Source: an uncultured Methanosarcinales archaeon (GTDB lineage: Archaea; Nanobdellota; Nanobdellia; Woesearchaeales; DATDXC01). Taken from it: a DNA stretch of 64,000 nt. Below the pieces are notes generated by a model that saw only the letters and a program-made list of their open reading frames with translations, was not told where the DNA came from and searched no databases. The stretch's first letter is position 1. The number at the start of each line of letters is the position of its first letter. The stretch covers positions 11,143 through 75,142 of the forward strand of contig CAZDZV010000006.1 of NCBI GenBank assembly GCA_964510025.1. Reading direction: 5' to 3'. Positions 1 through 8,004 of the stretch are shown piece after piece. A program made the translations under genes and the position numbers.

Positions 1-194
1 CACCCTTCTTTTTGACAGGTCTGCCACAGCAAATATCAGAAATAAAACTAGCAAAAACCCTATTATAGGAAATATTCTACCCTTCACCACTTTTTTATCT
101 AAATTGAAGTTCTAGTCTTAAATAGTTTTCGGTTATATATGCTACACAAAAGGTAGTTAAAAACCGCTTGCCTTAAAATAAAAAAGTTTAAAAA

Positions 195-212
195 CAAGTA
201 GGTAATTACCTA
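195..212 (+). promoter_or_regulatory. Putative archaeal BRE/TATA element (aaaagtttaaaaacaag) about 20-30 nt upstream of the 228 ATG
   Basis: A/T-rich TTTAAAAA box preceded by purine-rich BRE-like bases, at the spacing of an archaeal promoter for a short-leader transcript. Confidence 0.3.
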
Positions 213-227
213 TTTCTAGGTGGTAAA

Positions 228-2774
228 ATGAACAAACTAGCTTTGATAAGTTTATTCTGTGTTATAGTCCTTGTGACTGGTGTTTATGGAATTGGCTATC
301 CTGTTCGTGGTAAAGTTAATGATGCCATTGATTGCGCAGATGGGGGGGCCAGAAGAGTGATACATGTTTACGTAACAGGGGATCCAGATAACTACGACAC
401 ATGTTACACCACGTCATATTTAGACAATAATAATTACGAATGTGATACTGAAAATATACCTGGGCATACTGTCGAAATTGGAAGCAGTATCACGGTTGAG
501 GTTATAGACAAAGGGGATGGTTATTATTCTGAACCTATATCTGTATTAGTTGATACGGTAACAAATGTACCTGATCTGCAACTAATTAAAGAAGGGATAA
601 TAGAACACCCAGATTATCCAACATGCCAGGGAGACACTGATGGTGATTATATAAATCAGGTTAGCGACAACTGTCCTTCTGTTTTCAACTGGGAGCAATA
701 CAATGCAGACAACGATGGCAGCGGCGATGCCTGCGATTGCGACAGCAGCGATGATACTGTTTACCATAACGCTCCTGAAATATGCGATGGCCAGGATAAC
801 CAGTGCGATGGGGATATTGGCTTTGGTGAGGTTGATGAAGGATGCGACGATGATTCAGATGATTATTGCGACCAGGCTATGACCACAGTTGGAACTCCTG
901 CTGTCTGCCCAAACGGTGGCGATGACTGTGATGATACAAATTCAGCTGTTAATCCAGGGGCATCAGAATCATGCAATGGATTAGATGACAATTGCGATGA
1001 TGTTATTGATGAAGGAGGAGATGCTCTTTGCAATCCTGGAGAGACCTGCACTGGTGAAGATGGCTGTATTGCTTCATCTTTCACATTATCATGGGAAGTT
1101 GTATTTGAGTCTACTTTGTTAACATATACAGATAGCTTCAATGCTGGTGTCGGTACAGGAGCATCAGATGGGTATGGTTCTGAAGATATCCTTCAGCCGC
1201 CTCCAAGCCCCAGTGGGATTGAGATGAAAACCATTGTGGATCTGGTGGCTCTGACAAAAGACTACAGACTAGATGATTCTGCAACGAAAATCTGGGAGAT
1301 AAAGTTGAAAGCGCAGGACCAGACAGGGGTCGGGTTTACTGGAAAGAATACGATATCCTGGTTCTTAGCTGATATACCTGATGATGTCAGACTTCTGATG
1401 ATAGACTACGGGACTGACAGTGCAAAGACCAATGTTGTAAATACTATTGACCTAAAGGTTGATCCTGACAACAAATATAGATTTGAGGTTTCAGGGGCAG
1501 ATGGGACCTATAGGTATCTGGAACTGATAGCAAGGCAGGTATCACCATCTGACAATATCGCTTACTATCCCTTTGACTCTGATTTCCTGGATGCTTCAGG
1601 AAACTTCCATGACGGAATTTCTCATGGGGACATCCAGTTTATCCCGGGGGTGATTAATGATGCAGCACTGTTCGATGGAGATGGAGATTACCTTGATATA
1701 GGCCTTTTTGTGCCCACTGACTCATTTAGCGTATCAGCCTGGGTAAAGAAAGCTGCTACCGCAAACGAGGACCAGGCCATCTTTGGCTATGGCACAGACG
1801 ATTATTTTGGTTACATGGGATTGATGAATATAGACCACAGCGGCTATAAGATGCCTTGGGGATCCATGTATACGACTGAAAGCCTGGATGACCAGTGGAC
1901 TTTCGTCACATGGGTAAGGGAGAGCACAGATAATCATTTCAGGGTTTATGTAGACGGTGAGATTTTTGCGCATATATATGGTACATGGACAGGATTGCTT
2001 CTGCCGCCTGCAAATAATACGCAATCAATAGGGGTCTCGCTAAACCATGCAAGCCCTATGGCAGACACATATTTCAGCGGCTATCTTGATGAGCTAAGAT
2101 TCTACGACAGGGTTCTGACAGAGCAGGAGATAGTAAATATGTGCAATGCAGACCAGGCAGCATCTGGCATTATCCCGGCAGACCAATGCTATAATATGAT
2201 GCCGCTTTCATCAGGATGGAATCTTGTTTCTATGCCGATCGTACCAACTGAATTCAACAAAGACAGGGAGATTTCCCTAAAGCAGGGCTGGAATCTTTTT
2301 GGGCATGTTTCCAAGGCTCCATTCTATTGGCTTGATGCAAAGATACGAAAAGCAGGGGAGACAAAAACAATAGAAGAAGCGCATTCAGATGTGTGGGTCC
2401 AGTCTACTATATACCATTTTGACCCTGGACAACAGGTCTATACCTTTGTGCCTGGAGACACTGACTACCTGGAGCCAAGCAAAGGCTACTGGCTGTATGC
2501 GTTCGAAGATGATCTGACCCTGATACTGGAAAACGCAGGTGGAGCAGCTATGGAAAACGACTTCTTGTGGACAGACGCTGAAATAAGCGATGGAACAGAG
2601 ACAAAAACACTTGAAGAGGCAAACCAGGCCGGATGGCTGCAATCGACAGTCTATTATTATGACGCAGAAGAGCAGGTTTACAAATTCGTGCCTGGAGACG
2701 ATGACTACACTTATCCATGGAAAGGCTACTGGATCTACTGCAACATAGATGACCTGACCCTGACTATCAGCTAA
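228..2774 (+). CDS. Secreted surface protein: signal peptide, two MopE-like Cys/Asp-rich putative metal-binding repeats, LamG (concanavalin A-like) domain, C-terminal tandem ~80-aa repeats
   Basis: N-terminal MNKLALISLFCVIVLVTGVYG signal. Repeats DCD(S/D)xDxxVxxxAPExCDGxDNxCDG match the MopE 'putative metal-binding motif'. 'GYLDELRFYDRVLTEQEI' is the LamG_3 C-terminal signature. ETKT(I/L)EEA..GW(V/L)QST.Y..D...QVY.FVPGD.DY repeated twice. Confidence 0.8.
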   Translation: MNKLALISLFCVIVLVTGVYGIGYPVRGKVNDAIDCADGGARRVIHVYVTGDPDNYDTCYTTSYLDNNNYECDTENIPGHTVEIGSSITVEVIDKGDGYYSEPISVLVDTVTNVPDLQLIKEGIIEHPDYPTCQGDTDGDYINQVSDNCPSVFNWEQYNADNDGSGDACDCDSSDDTVYHNAPEICDGQDNQCDGDIGFGEVDEGCDDDSDDYCDQAMTTVGTPAVCPNGGDDCDDTNSAVNPGASESCNGLDDNCDDVIDEGGDALCNPGETCTGEDGCIASSFTLSWEVVFESTLLTYTDSFNAGVGTGASDGYGSEDILQPPPSPSGIEMKTIVDLVALTKDYRLDDSATKIWEIKLKAQDQTGVGFTGKNTISWFLADIPDDVRLLMIDYGTDSAKTNVVNTIDLKVDPDNKYRFEVSGADGTYRYLELIARQVSPSDNIAYYPFDSDFLDASGNFHDGISHGDIQFIPGVINDAALFDGDGDYLDIGLFVPTDSFSVSAWVKKAATANEDQAIFGYGTDDYFGYMGLMNIDHSGYKMPWGSMYTTESLDDQWTFVTWVRESTDNHFRVYVDGEIFAHIYGTWTGLLLPPANNTQSIGVSLNHASPMADTYFSGYLDELRFYDRVLTEQEIVNMCNADQAASGIIPADQCYNMMPLSSGWNLVSMPIVPTEFNKDREISLKQGWNLFGHVSKAPFYWLDAKIRKAGETKTIEEAHSDVWVQSTIYHFDPGQQVYTFVPGDTDYLEPSKGYWLYAFEDDLTLILENAGGAAMENDFLWTDAEISDGTETKTLEEANQAGWLQSTVYYYDAEEQVYKFVPGDDDYTYPWKGYWIYCNIDDLTLTIS
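2362..2771 (+). repeat. Tandem in-frame duplication (~240-bp period, second copy truncated by the stop) encoding the C-terminal repeat of the 228..2774 protein
   Basis: acaaaaaca(a/c)t(a/t)gaagaagcg... at 2362 and acaaaaacacttgaagaggc... at 2601. Both copies end with gatga(t/c)ctgaccctga(t/c). Confidence 0.7.
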
Positions 2775-4134
2775 ACATTATTTTTTTCTTGTTTCTTTGC
2801 GTCATTATGCATAGTAATATTAGTATGAATACCAGAACTGACAGTGCTACCAAAGCAATGTCTTTTGCGGACTTTTTTTGCGATTGGAGTATTATCTCCT
2901 GCATAATCTCTTCCTCGGTGATTCCGCTGATAGCAACATTTTCTAGATTATAGCCTTCTGCTTTAAAGTACACAAATTTTTCATCTTCATCGACCTTAAT
3001 GGTATTTAGCTTTTCCCACTGGTTTGTTTTCTGAATCCTGTTGTATAGGTATACGTCGTTTTCAGTGAGTTGATTGGTTTGCAGCCATGTTTTCTCCACC
3101 TTAAAGGTAAACACCACTTTCTCAACATCATCATCATCCATATTTCTTTTGACTATCTCAAACTGGCTATATGCTATGCCAGGTGGTTCGCTTGCAGCGA
3201 AAGCCGGTAGCACGCTTTTCACAGCCATGCCTACATTCTTGACTTTCTTTTTCGTAAAGATGGAGATGCTTTCTATAGCCATGCCATCCAGTACAACATT
3301 GACCGGCTTATCAGGGGTAATCTCCTGGTATCTGATCTTTTTCTGAATGATCTCCACAGGTGCTACCGCAACTGGCTGATCGGCGGTGGGAGCAGCGCTT
3401 CCTGCCCCGCCACCGCCGCCTCCGCCGCTGCATACCCCGCAATCCTGGGGGCAAGTCGAGCATGTTTCATCCGGACTGCAAGTCCCATCACCGCAGTCAG
3501 AGACAGCATCGACAGTAAAATAGGCATAGTTTGTCCTTACATTGTTTTCTGAATCATTTGCATAGATCTGGATTAGATATTCGCCATCCGCCAGGTCTTC
3601 GATATTTATTTCGCTGAAATTGCATTCCCTGCATAAGGTGATATTTGCTCCGCCATCAAAGCTATACCAGATTGTATCATTGTAATCCCTTATGGTTGTT
3701 GCATTCACCACAACAGAATCCTCGTCATAAGCTGTAGTTGACGGCGCATCGATTGAGACGATTGCCAGCAATTGCATTACCGGAGCTACGTTATAGGCAC
3801 CATAATCAGTAGTTAAGCTCACAGAATTAGATACATAGTTACCTTCATTATCCACCATCTTTGCATGCAAAATATCACCAGCATTCCAATCATAACTAGG
3901 TATCAAATCAGGATCGCAACAGTAAACATTGTCCCATGCATTTACAATACAGGAATCATTATTCGGTTCAGTATTCTCTGTGTAGATTACTACCTCTCTC
4001 CAAGCTGGTTCAGTTCCATCATAGGCGTTGCTGATTTCCCCACAGATTAAGGGAGCCCCAATAGCATTTATGCTCAGTAAAAAAAATACGGATATGTACA
4101 GTAGCACAAATTTATTCTTGTTGCCAGTTAACAT
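2767..4134 (-). CDS. Cell-surface (S-layer-like) glycoprotein: signal peptide, Cys-rich module, poly-Gly/Ala-Pro linker, PGF-pre-PGF-like domain, C-terminal TM helix plus KKK tail
   Basis: MLTGNKNKFVLLYISVFFLLSINAIGA signal. CGDGTCSPDETCSTCPQDCGVC and SGGGGGGGAGSAAP linker. 'VEKVVFTFKVEKTWLQ...VYLYNRIQKTNQWEKLNT...FVYFKAEGYNLENVAISG' resembles the archaeal PGF-pre-PGF domain. C-terminus ALVALSVLVFILILLCIMTQRNKKK. Many NxS/T sequons. 23-nt overlap with the upstream gene. Confidence 0.75.
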   Translation of the reverse strand: MLTGNKNKFVLLYISVFFLLSINAIGAPLICGEISNAYDGTEPAWREVVIYTENTEPNNDSCIVNAWDNVYCCDPDLIPSYDWNAGDILHAKMVDNEGNYVSNSVSLTTDYGAYNVAPVMQLLAIVSIDAPSTTAYDEDSVVVNATTIRDYNDTIWYSFDGGANITLCRECNFSEINIEDLADGEYLIQIYANDSENNVRTNYAYFTVDAVSDCGDGTCSPDETCSTCPQDCGVCSGGGGGGGAGSAAPTADQPVAVAPVEIIQKKIRYQEITPDKPVNVVLDGMAIESISIFTKKKVKNVGMAVKSVLPAFAASEPPGIAYSQFEIVKRNMDDDDVEKVVFTFKVEKTWLQTNQLTENDVYLYNRIQKTNQWEKLNTIKVDEDEKFVYFKAEGYNLENVAISGITEEEIMQEIILQSQKKSAKDIALVALSVLVFILILLCIMTQRNKKKIMFS

Positions 4135-5581
4135 CGTCTGTTATGAATACACTATATGCTTCCTCCAAAGCTATTTCAAAATTTCCAATCTTAAAGGGCC
4201 CAATGTCAATAGAGCCATCCCATTCTTGTGTTGTTGCATCCCAGCGATTTACACTATTACTGGTTGGGATGCTGTCCATCAAATCATGAGCATCAGTATA
4301 AGTTGTATTACCATACAATGATACAAAATGTCTACCATTATGTTTGTTTTTATCTTCCACATAATTCATCGATATACTTTGGTTTTCAATGAGGCTGCCC
4401 GCCCAGCTCCACTCCATTGATATAGGGCTATCTGTCTTAAGATATACATATACAGCTGATGCTGTCTTATTGATATTAAAATTGCACGGTTCTGCACTGC
4501 AAAAAGCTGGAGGGGGGCAAGAGAATTCTGTACAAACCCAGTAATCTACTGTCGGATCTTCCGGTTGATAAATATAGAATCTCACACTATCAAACTCCTG
4601 AGAAAGCTCTAGCAAATCTTCAGCATCACTTATATATGATGCATTGAGATAAAGACCTAGATAATTCTTGGCAGAATCACCACTTTTCCTCGCAAACGTA
4701 AAATTCTGCTTTCCGACTATGTCAATTGTCTTGTTCAGGCCTCTGTCATTGACAGCAAAAACCCTGTAGTACACTCTTCTGTTCTGCAGCGCTGCTGCAT
4801 CCAGGAATGATTCTTCACCAACACCTATCGTAACGCAGTTGCTCCATCCAGACTGCAGGGAGGTTGTATTGCATATCATAATGTCCTTTGTGTAGTTAGT
4901 GTCGGCAACATCCCATGTCAAGGTGACACCCTCAGCTTCATCGAGGCTTATGTTGAGCCCCATAGGACCCAAAGGATACTTGCTGTAATTAACATCAACA
5001 TAGCTTGAGTTAACTGCTGTGCCGTTATCAGTGCCGTCGAAGGCCACAGCTTCGCATGTCCAGTTTGCCCCTATTGTGACATTTCCGTCCAATATGAGGC
5101 TGATGTTGTCAAACTCAGGCTTATGGGTGCCGTTTACGAACCATTTATAATAATACGAGAGATTATCATAGTTATCGTCAGAGCCGGTTGCAGTGCAGTT
5201 CAGATCGCTCGTCTCGTTTGGATTGGCGGGAAGAACCTCTACAGTCAGCACAGCTGGTGCTGTGTTGTCGACGCTCACATTCGCAAATGTGCTCAGGCTG
5301 TAATACCCTGTCAGGCTTGGGGCACCTAGATAGGTCAAGATTCCTGTTATGCTTAATATGACTGTTATCATGCTTATCGTCAGAAGAATATTTGTTTTTT
5401 CAAGCCTTCTTTGTTCAAGCTGCCTTATCTCTGACGTTATCTGCCTGACGCGGGCCTCGTAGCCCTCTATCCTCTCAGCATAATAACGCTTCAGCTCCCC
5501 ATCGACCATTGACCTATACCTGTCGGCAAGATGGATATAGCCTACAAGCTCTGCTCTTTTCTTCCTAAGTCTGTCGATCAT
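4112..5581 (-). CDS. Type II membrane glycoprotein: cytoplasmic coiled-coil N-terminus, one TM helix, ~400-aa extracellular domain with about 20 N-glycosylation sequons
   Basis: TM ILLTISMITVILSITGILTYL. Sequons NVS,NET,NCT,NLS,NGT,NIS,NVT,NWT,NGT,NSS,NYS,NIS,NYT,NTT,NKT,NFT,NAS,NKT,NQS,NTT. ATGA overlap with the upstream HTH gene. Confidence 0.75.
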   Translation of the reverse strand: MIDRLRKKRAELVGYIHLADRYRSMVDGELKRYYAERIEGYEARVRQITSEIRQLEQRRLEKTNILLTISMITVILSITGILTYLGAPSLTGYYSLSTFANVSVDNTAPAVLTVEVLPANPNETSDLNCTATGSDDNYDNLSYYYKWFVNGTHKPEFDNISLILDGNVTIGANWTCEAVAFDGTDNGTAVNSSYVDVNYSKYPLGPMGLNISLDEAEGVTLTWDVADTNYTKDIMICNTTSLQSGWSNCVTIGVGEESFLDAAALQNRRVYYRVFAVNDRGLNKTIDIVGKQNFTFARKSGDSAKNYLGLYLNASYISDAEDLLELSQEFDSVRFYIYQPEDPTVDYWVCTEFSCPPPAFCSAEPCNFNINKTASAVYVYLKTDSPISMEWSWAGSLIENQSISMNYVEDKNKHNGRHFVSLYGNTTYTDAHDLMDSIPTSNSVNRWDATTQEWDGSIDIGPFKIGNFEIALEEAYSVFITDDVNWQQE

Positions 5582-6036
5582 TTTGTTCTGTTGTATACTG
5601 TCCAGATTGTCTTTTCATTTCTGTGCAGCAACTCCCCTATATCATGATAGCTGATTTCGAAATTATCCTTGATAAAAACAACAATTGCGCCTAGCAGGCT
5701 TGATCCTGATTTCAAAGCGTCAAAAGGGATGTCATACTTTGAATAGCTGTAGCTGTAGCTTCTTGGATACTTTCTCTTAGAGTTCCTGTAAGCAAGCCAG
5801 CAAGAAGAAACCTCTTTATCCAGCAAACCCGCTATCTCCTTAAAAGACTTGTCCATATTCTCCCGCAGAAACTTAACAACTGTCTCAAGTGGGCTTAGCT
5901 TATCATTGAAGATAGAAACAGGCAATTTGTCTTCACCTTCCAGCAAGCCAAAAACCTCTTCAGCGCTAAGGTCATACTTAGCCCTAAACCTGTCAAACCT
6001 TTCCTGCAATTGCACTAAATCAGTTTCCTGAATCAT
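5578..6036 (-). CDS. Small HTH-type putative transcription regulator; first gene of the surface-glycoprotein operon
   Basis: Two helix-turn-helix-like segments (SFKEIAGLLDKEVSSCWLAYRNSKRK; ISYHDIGELLHRNEKTIWTVYNRTK). 4-nt overlap with the downstream gene. Confidence 0.5.
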   Translation of the reverse strand: MIQETDLVQLQERFDRFRAKYDLSAEEVFGLLEGEDKLPVSIFNDKLSPLETVVKFLRENMDKSFKEIAGLLDKEVSSCWLAYRNSKRKYPRSYSYSYSKYDIPFDALKSGSSLLGAIVVFIKDNFEISYHDIGELLHRNEKTIWTVYNRTK

Positions 6037-6285
6037 ATAAATAAGTATTAAAATTATATTTGTAAGTATATAAATCTTTTTATTTTATATTTGTAAGTTT
6101 CATTAAAATTTAAGTAAGTATTATCTTTTTATTTGTAAGTAATTTTATATATTTATAAGTATTTAATTTTATAAATAAGCAATAAAACAATATTTGTAAG
6201 CTTATATATTATATAAATAAGTAATTAATAAATATTTAAAAGTATAAATTTATATTAATAAGTAATAAATATTTATTTGTAAGAA
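6037..6285. repeat. Highly AT-rich control region with 5 dispersed copies of ATTTGTAAG and several (A)ATAAGTA copies; contains a putative minus-strand TATA box (~6060-6075) for the HTH operon
   Basis: ATTTGTAAG at ~6058, 6090, 6132, 6192 and 6275 (spacings 32/42/60/83). ataagta at ~6041, 6113, 6155, 6174, 6224 and 6259. Confidence 0.6.
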
Positions 6286-7362
6286 CTATTTCTTGACAGG
6301 TTTCATATCTTTTGTCTTTTCCTTGTCAGGCTTGTCATCCTTCTTCTCTTTATCGTTCTTCTCTTCTTTTTTCTCTGATTTGACTTCAGCTGAAGCTTCA
6401 GCTGGCTTGCCTTCCAGATGCTTATTGAGGTATTCCTGAAGCTTTAGTCCCTGTGCAAACAAGGGATTGTCCTTGAGCAGATCTTCAAAGGCCTTTGACA
6501 TTATCTCTGCTTTCTCTATCTTAAATTCAAACTCGCCCCTTAGCTTGCCTTCCATCTCCTTGAACCTGTCTGCAAGCTTCCTGAAATATTCCTCAACCTC
6601 GGCAAGTACCTTCTTAACCTTCTTATCGTGTTTCTCTATCTTCTCTATCTTTGTCTCAAACTCCTTCTTCTTCAGGAATGTGCCGGAAGAGACCTCCAGC
6701 TTATCCACCTTGGCAGTAAGCTCCTTAAGCTCGCCTTTGAGGCTTTCAAGCTTGTCTGCAAATGTGTTAAACGCTTCAAAGCTTTTCTGCGCTTCTATGA
6801 AAACATTGTCCACCCTGTCAGCATGCCTCTCTACCTCGGCAGTTATCTTCTTCACGGTCATTATCTCTGTCTTGACCTCCTCATTGAGCTTTATGACCTG
6901 CTCTATGCCCCTGAAAACATTTACCTGGTCCCTTATTTTCCTCAGCTGGTCCATTATGTTCTTCATCATCTCTTCTTTAGCTTCCAGAATTCCCCGTAAC
7001 CCTTCTATCTTTCCATCCTCTTTCTGGACCTGGATCATCAGCTTGTCTGGATGCACGCTCTCTACCAGGTCAGCTGCCTTTGTGGCCTTAACCTCGATCA
7101 TTCCGACTGTCCTTTGAGTATCATTAATCTGCCCCCTTATCTCCCCTATCTGTTCGTTCATGGTGGCAAACCTTTCGCCTGTAGATTTCCTCATCTCTTT
7201 CAGGCTTTCCAGGGTGCCGTTTATCTTCGTAAGGTCTGCCTGGATCATCTCTACTTTCTGAGAAACATTCGCATCTGCAGGAATCTCTTTGTTCTCCTCT
7301 TCCTCTTCGTCATCAGATTCCTCTTCTTGCTTCTTTTTTTTCTTTTTAAAAGGCCACATCAC
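6286..7362 (-). CDS. Coiled-coil protein with a poly-Lys/poly-Glu N-terminus and a Lys/Glu/Asp-rich C-terminal tail; function unknown
   Basis: MMWPFKKKKKKQEEESDDEEEEEN... with long heptad-like helical segments, then ...KSEKKEEKNDKEKKDDKPDKEKTKDMKPVKK. No TM helix. Confidence 0.6.
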   Translation of the reverse strand: MMWPFKKKKKKQEEESDDEEEEENKEIPADANVSQKVEMIQADLTKINGTLESLKEMRKSTGERFATMNEQIGEIRGQINDTQRTVGMIEVKATKAADLVESVHPDKLMIQVQKEDGKIEGLRGILEAKEEMMKNIMDQLRKIRDQVNVFRGIEQVIKLNEEVKTEIMTVKKITAEVERHADRVDNVFIEAQKSFEAFNTFADKLESLKGELKELTAKVDKLEVSSGTFLKKKEFETKIEKIEKHDKKVKKVLAEVEEYFRKLADRFKEMEGKLRGEFEFKIEKAEIMSKAFEDLLKDNPLFAQGLKLQEYLNKHLEGKPAEASAEVKSEKKEEKNDKEKKDDKPDKEKTKDMKPVKK

Positions 7363-7395
7363 ACCAAATAATTAATAGACTACTATATTAAACTT

Positions 7396-7929
7396 TTGCA
7401 TAAAAGAAAACTTTATATATGTATTAAACGAATATTGGCCAAAAGGGGTGATAAATTGAAGAAGGTTTCTCATATTGATGACTTTAGGACTCCTAACTAC
7501 AGGGTTTTCTATGCAGGACCTTATTTCAATCTTGATCTGTGGTATGAGATCACATGGAACAAGAAACATCTTAAAAAGCTGAAAAAACATGCGCAAAACC
7601 CCCATCTCTTCCATAAGCAGTTCCACGATAAGAAGTCAGACGATGCAAAGAAGAGGCATTTCAGGGAGCATGTGATTGACAGCATCCCTTTTCATGAAAA
7701 GATACTGGATGAGCATCAAAGAAGGCTTGACACTATCTTAGAGCTGATGCCTTTGCGAAAATACAAGAAGATCGTAGGCATCTCCATCAAACACGGCGGC
7801 ACGCCAGAATTTTTTGTCTATGACAAAATCAACAAGGAGGTATTTTTTGTTGTAGAGCATCTCACAGACGAAAGGAAAAAATGGATTAAGCTTGTCAGGA
7901 AATTATGTGATGTAATAATATTAAAATGA
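7396..7929 (+). CDS. Hypothetical basic protein, possible PD-(D/E)xK-like fold; the likely true start is the in-frame TTG at 7456 preceded by AGGGGTGA
   Basis: ORF with TATA-like ctttatatatg at ~7416 and SD-like aggggtga at 7444-7451. GTPEFFVYD...VVEHLTDERKK segment. Confidence 0.45.
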   Translation: MHKRKLYICIKRILAKRGDKLKKVSHIDDFRTPNYRVFYAGPYFNLDLWYEITWNKKHLKKLKKHAQNPHLFHKQFHDKKSDDAKKRHFREHVIDSIPFHEKILDEHQRRLDTILELMPLRKYKKIVGISIKHGGTPEFFVYDKINKEVFFVVEHLTDERKKWIKLVRKLCDVIILK

Positions 7930-8004
7930 TTATATTTAATACTTTTTAGCACTATGTTTATATATTTTTTAGGAAGGGGAAAAATCAATGCAAGGGGGTA
8001 GTAC

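Noticed and set aside
1-89. Possible partial minus-strand ORF running off the window start (VVKGRIFPIIGFLLVLFLIFAVADLSKRRV...)
   Set aside because: There is only a GTG start candidate and about 30 codons are visible. It could be the N-terminus of a membrane protein, but it cannot be supported from this window alone.
582-2642. Minus-strand ORFs 582..767, 863..1141, 1734..2024 and 2385..2642 inside the 228..2774 gene
   Set aside because: They are entirely nested antisense to a well-supported 848-aa gene with clear domains; low-complexity translations with no motifs.
6037-6285. CRISPR array hypothesis for the ATTTGTAAG repeats
   Set aside because: Repeat units are only ~9 bp and irregularly spaced, with no unique spacers of constant length; no cas genes nearby.
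6467-7371. Plus-strand ORFs 6467..7117, 6628..6999 and 7051..7371 antisense to the coiled-coil gene
   Set aside because: Ser/Leu/Phe-rich shadow frames typical of the antisense of Lys/Glu-rich coding sequence.
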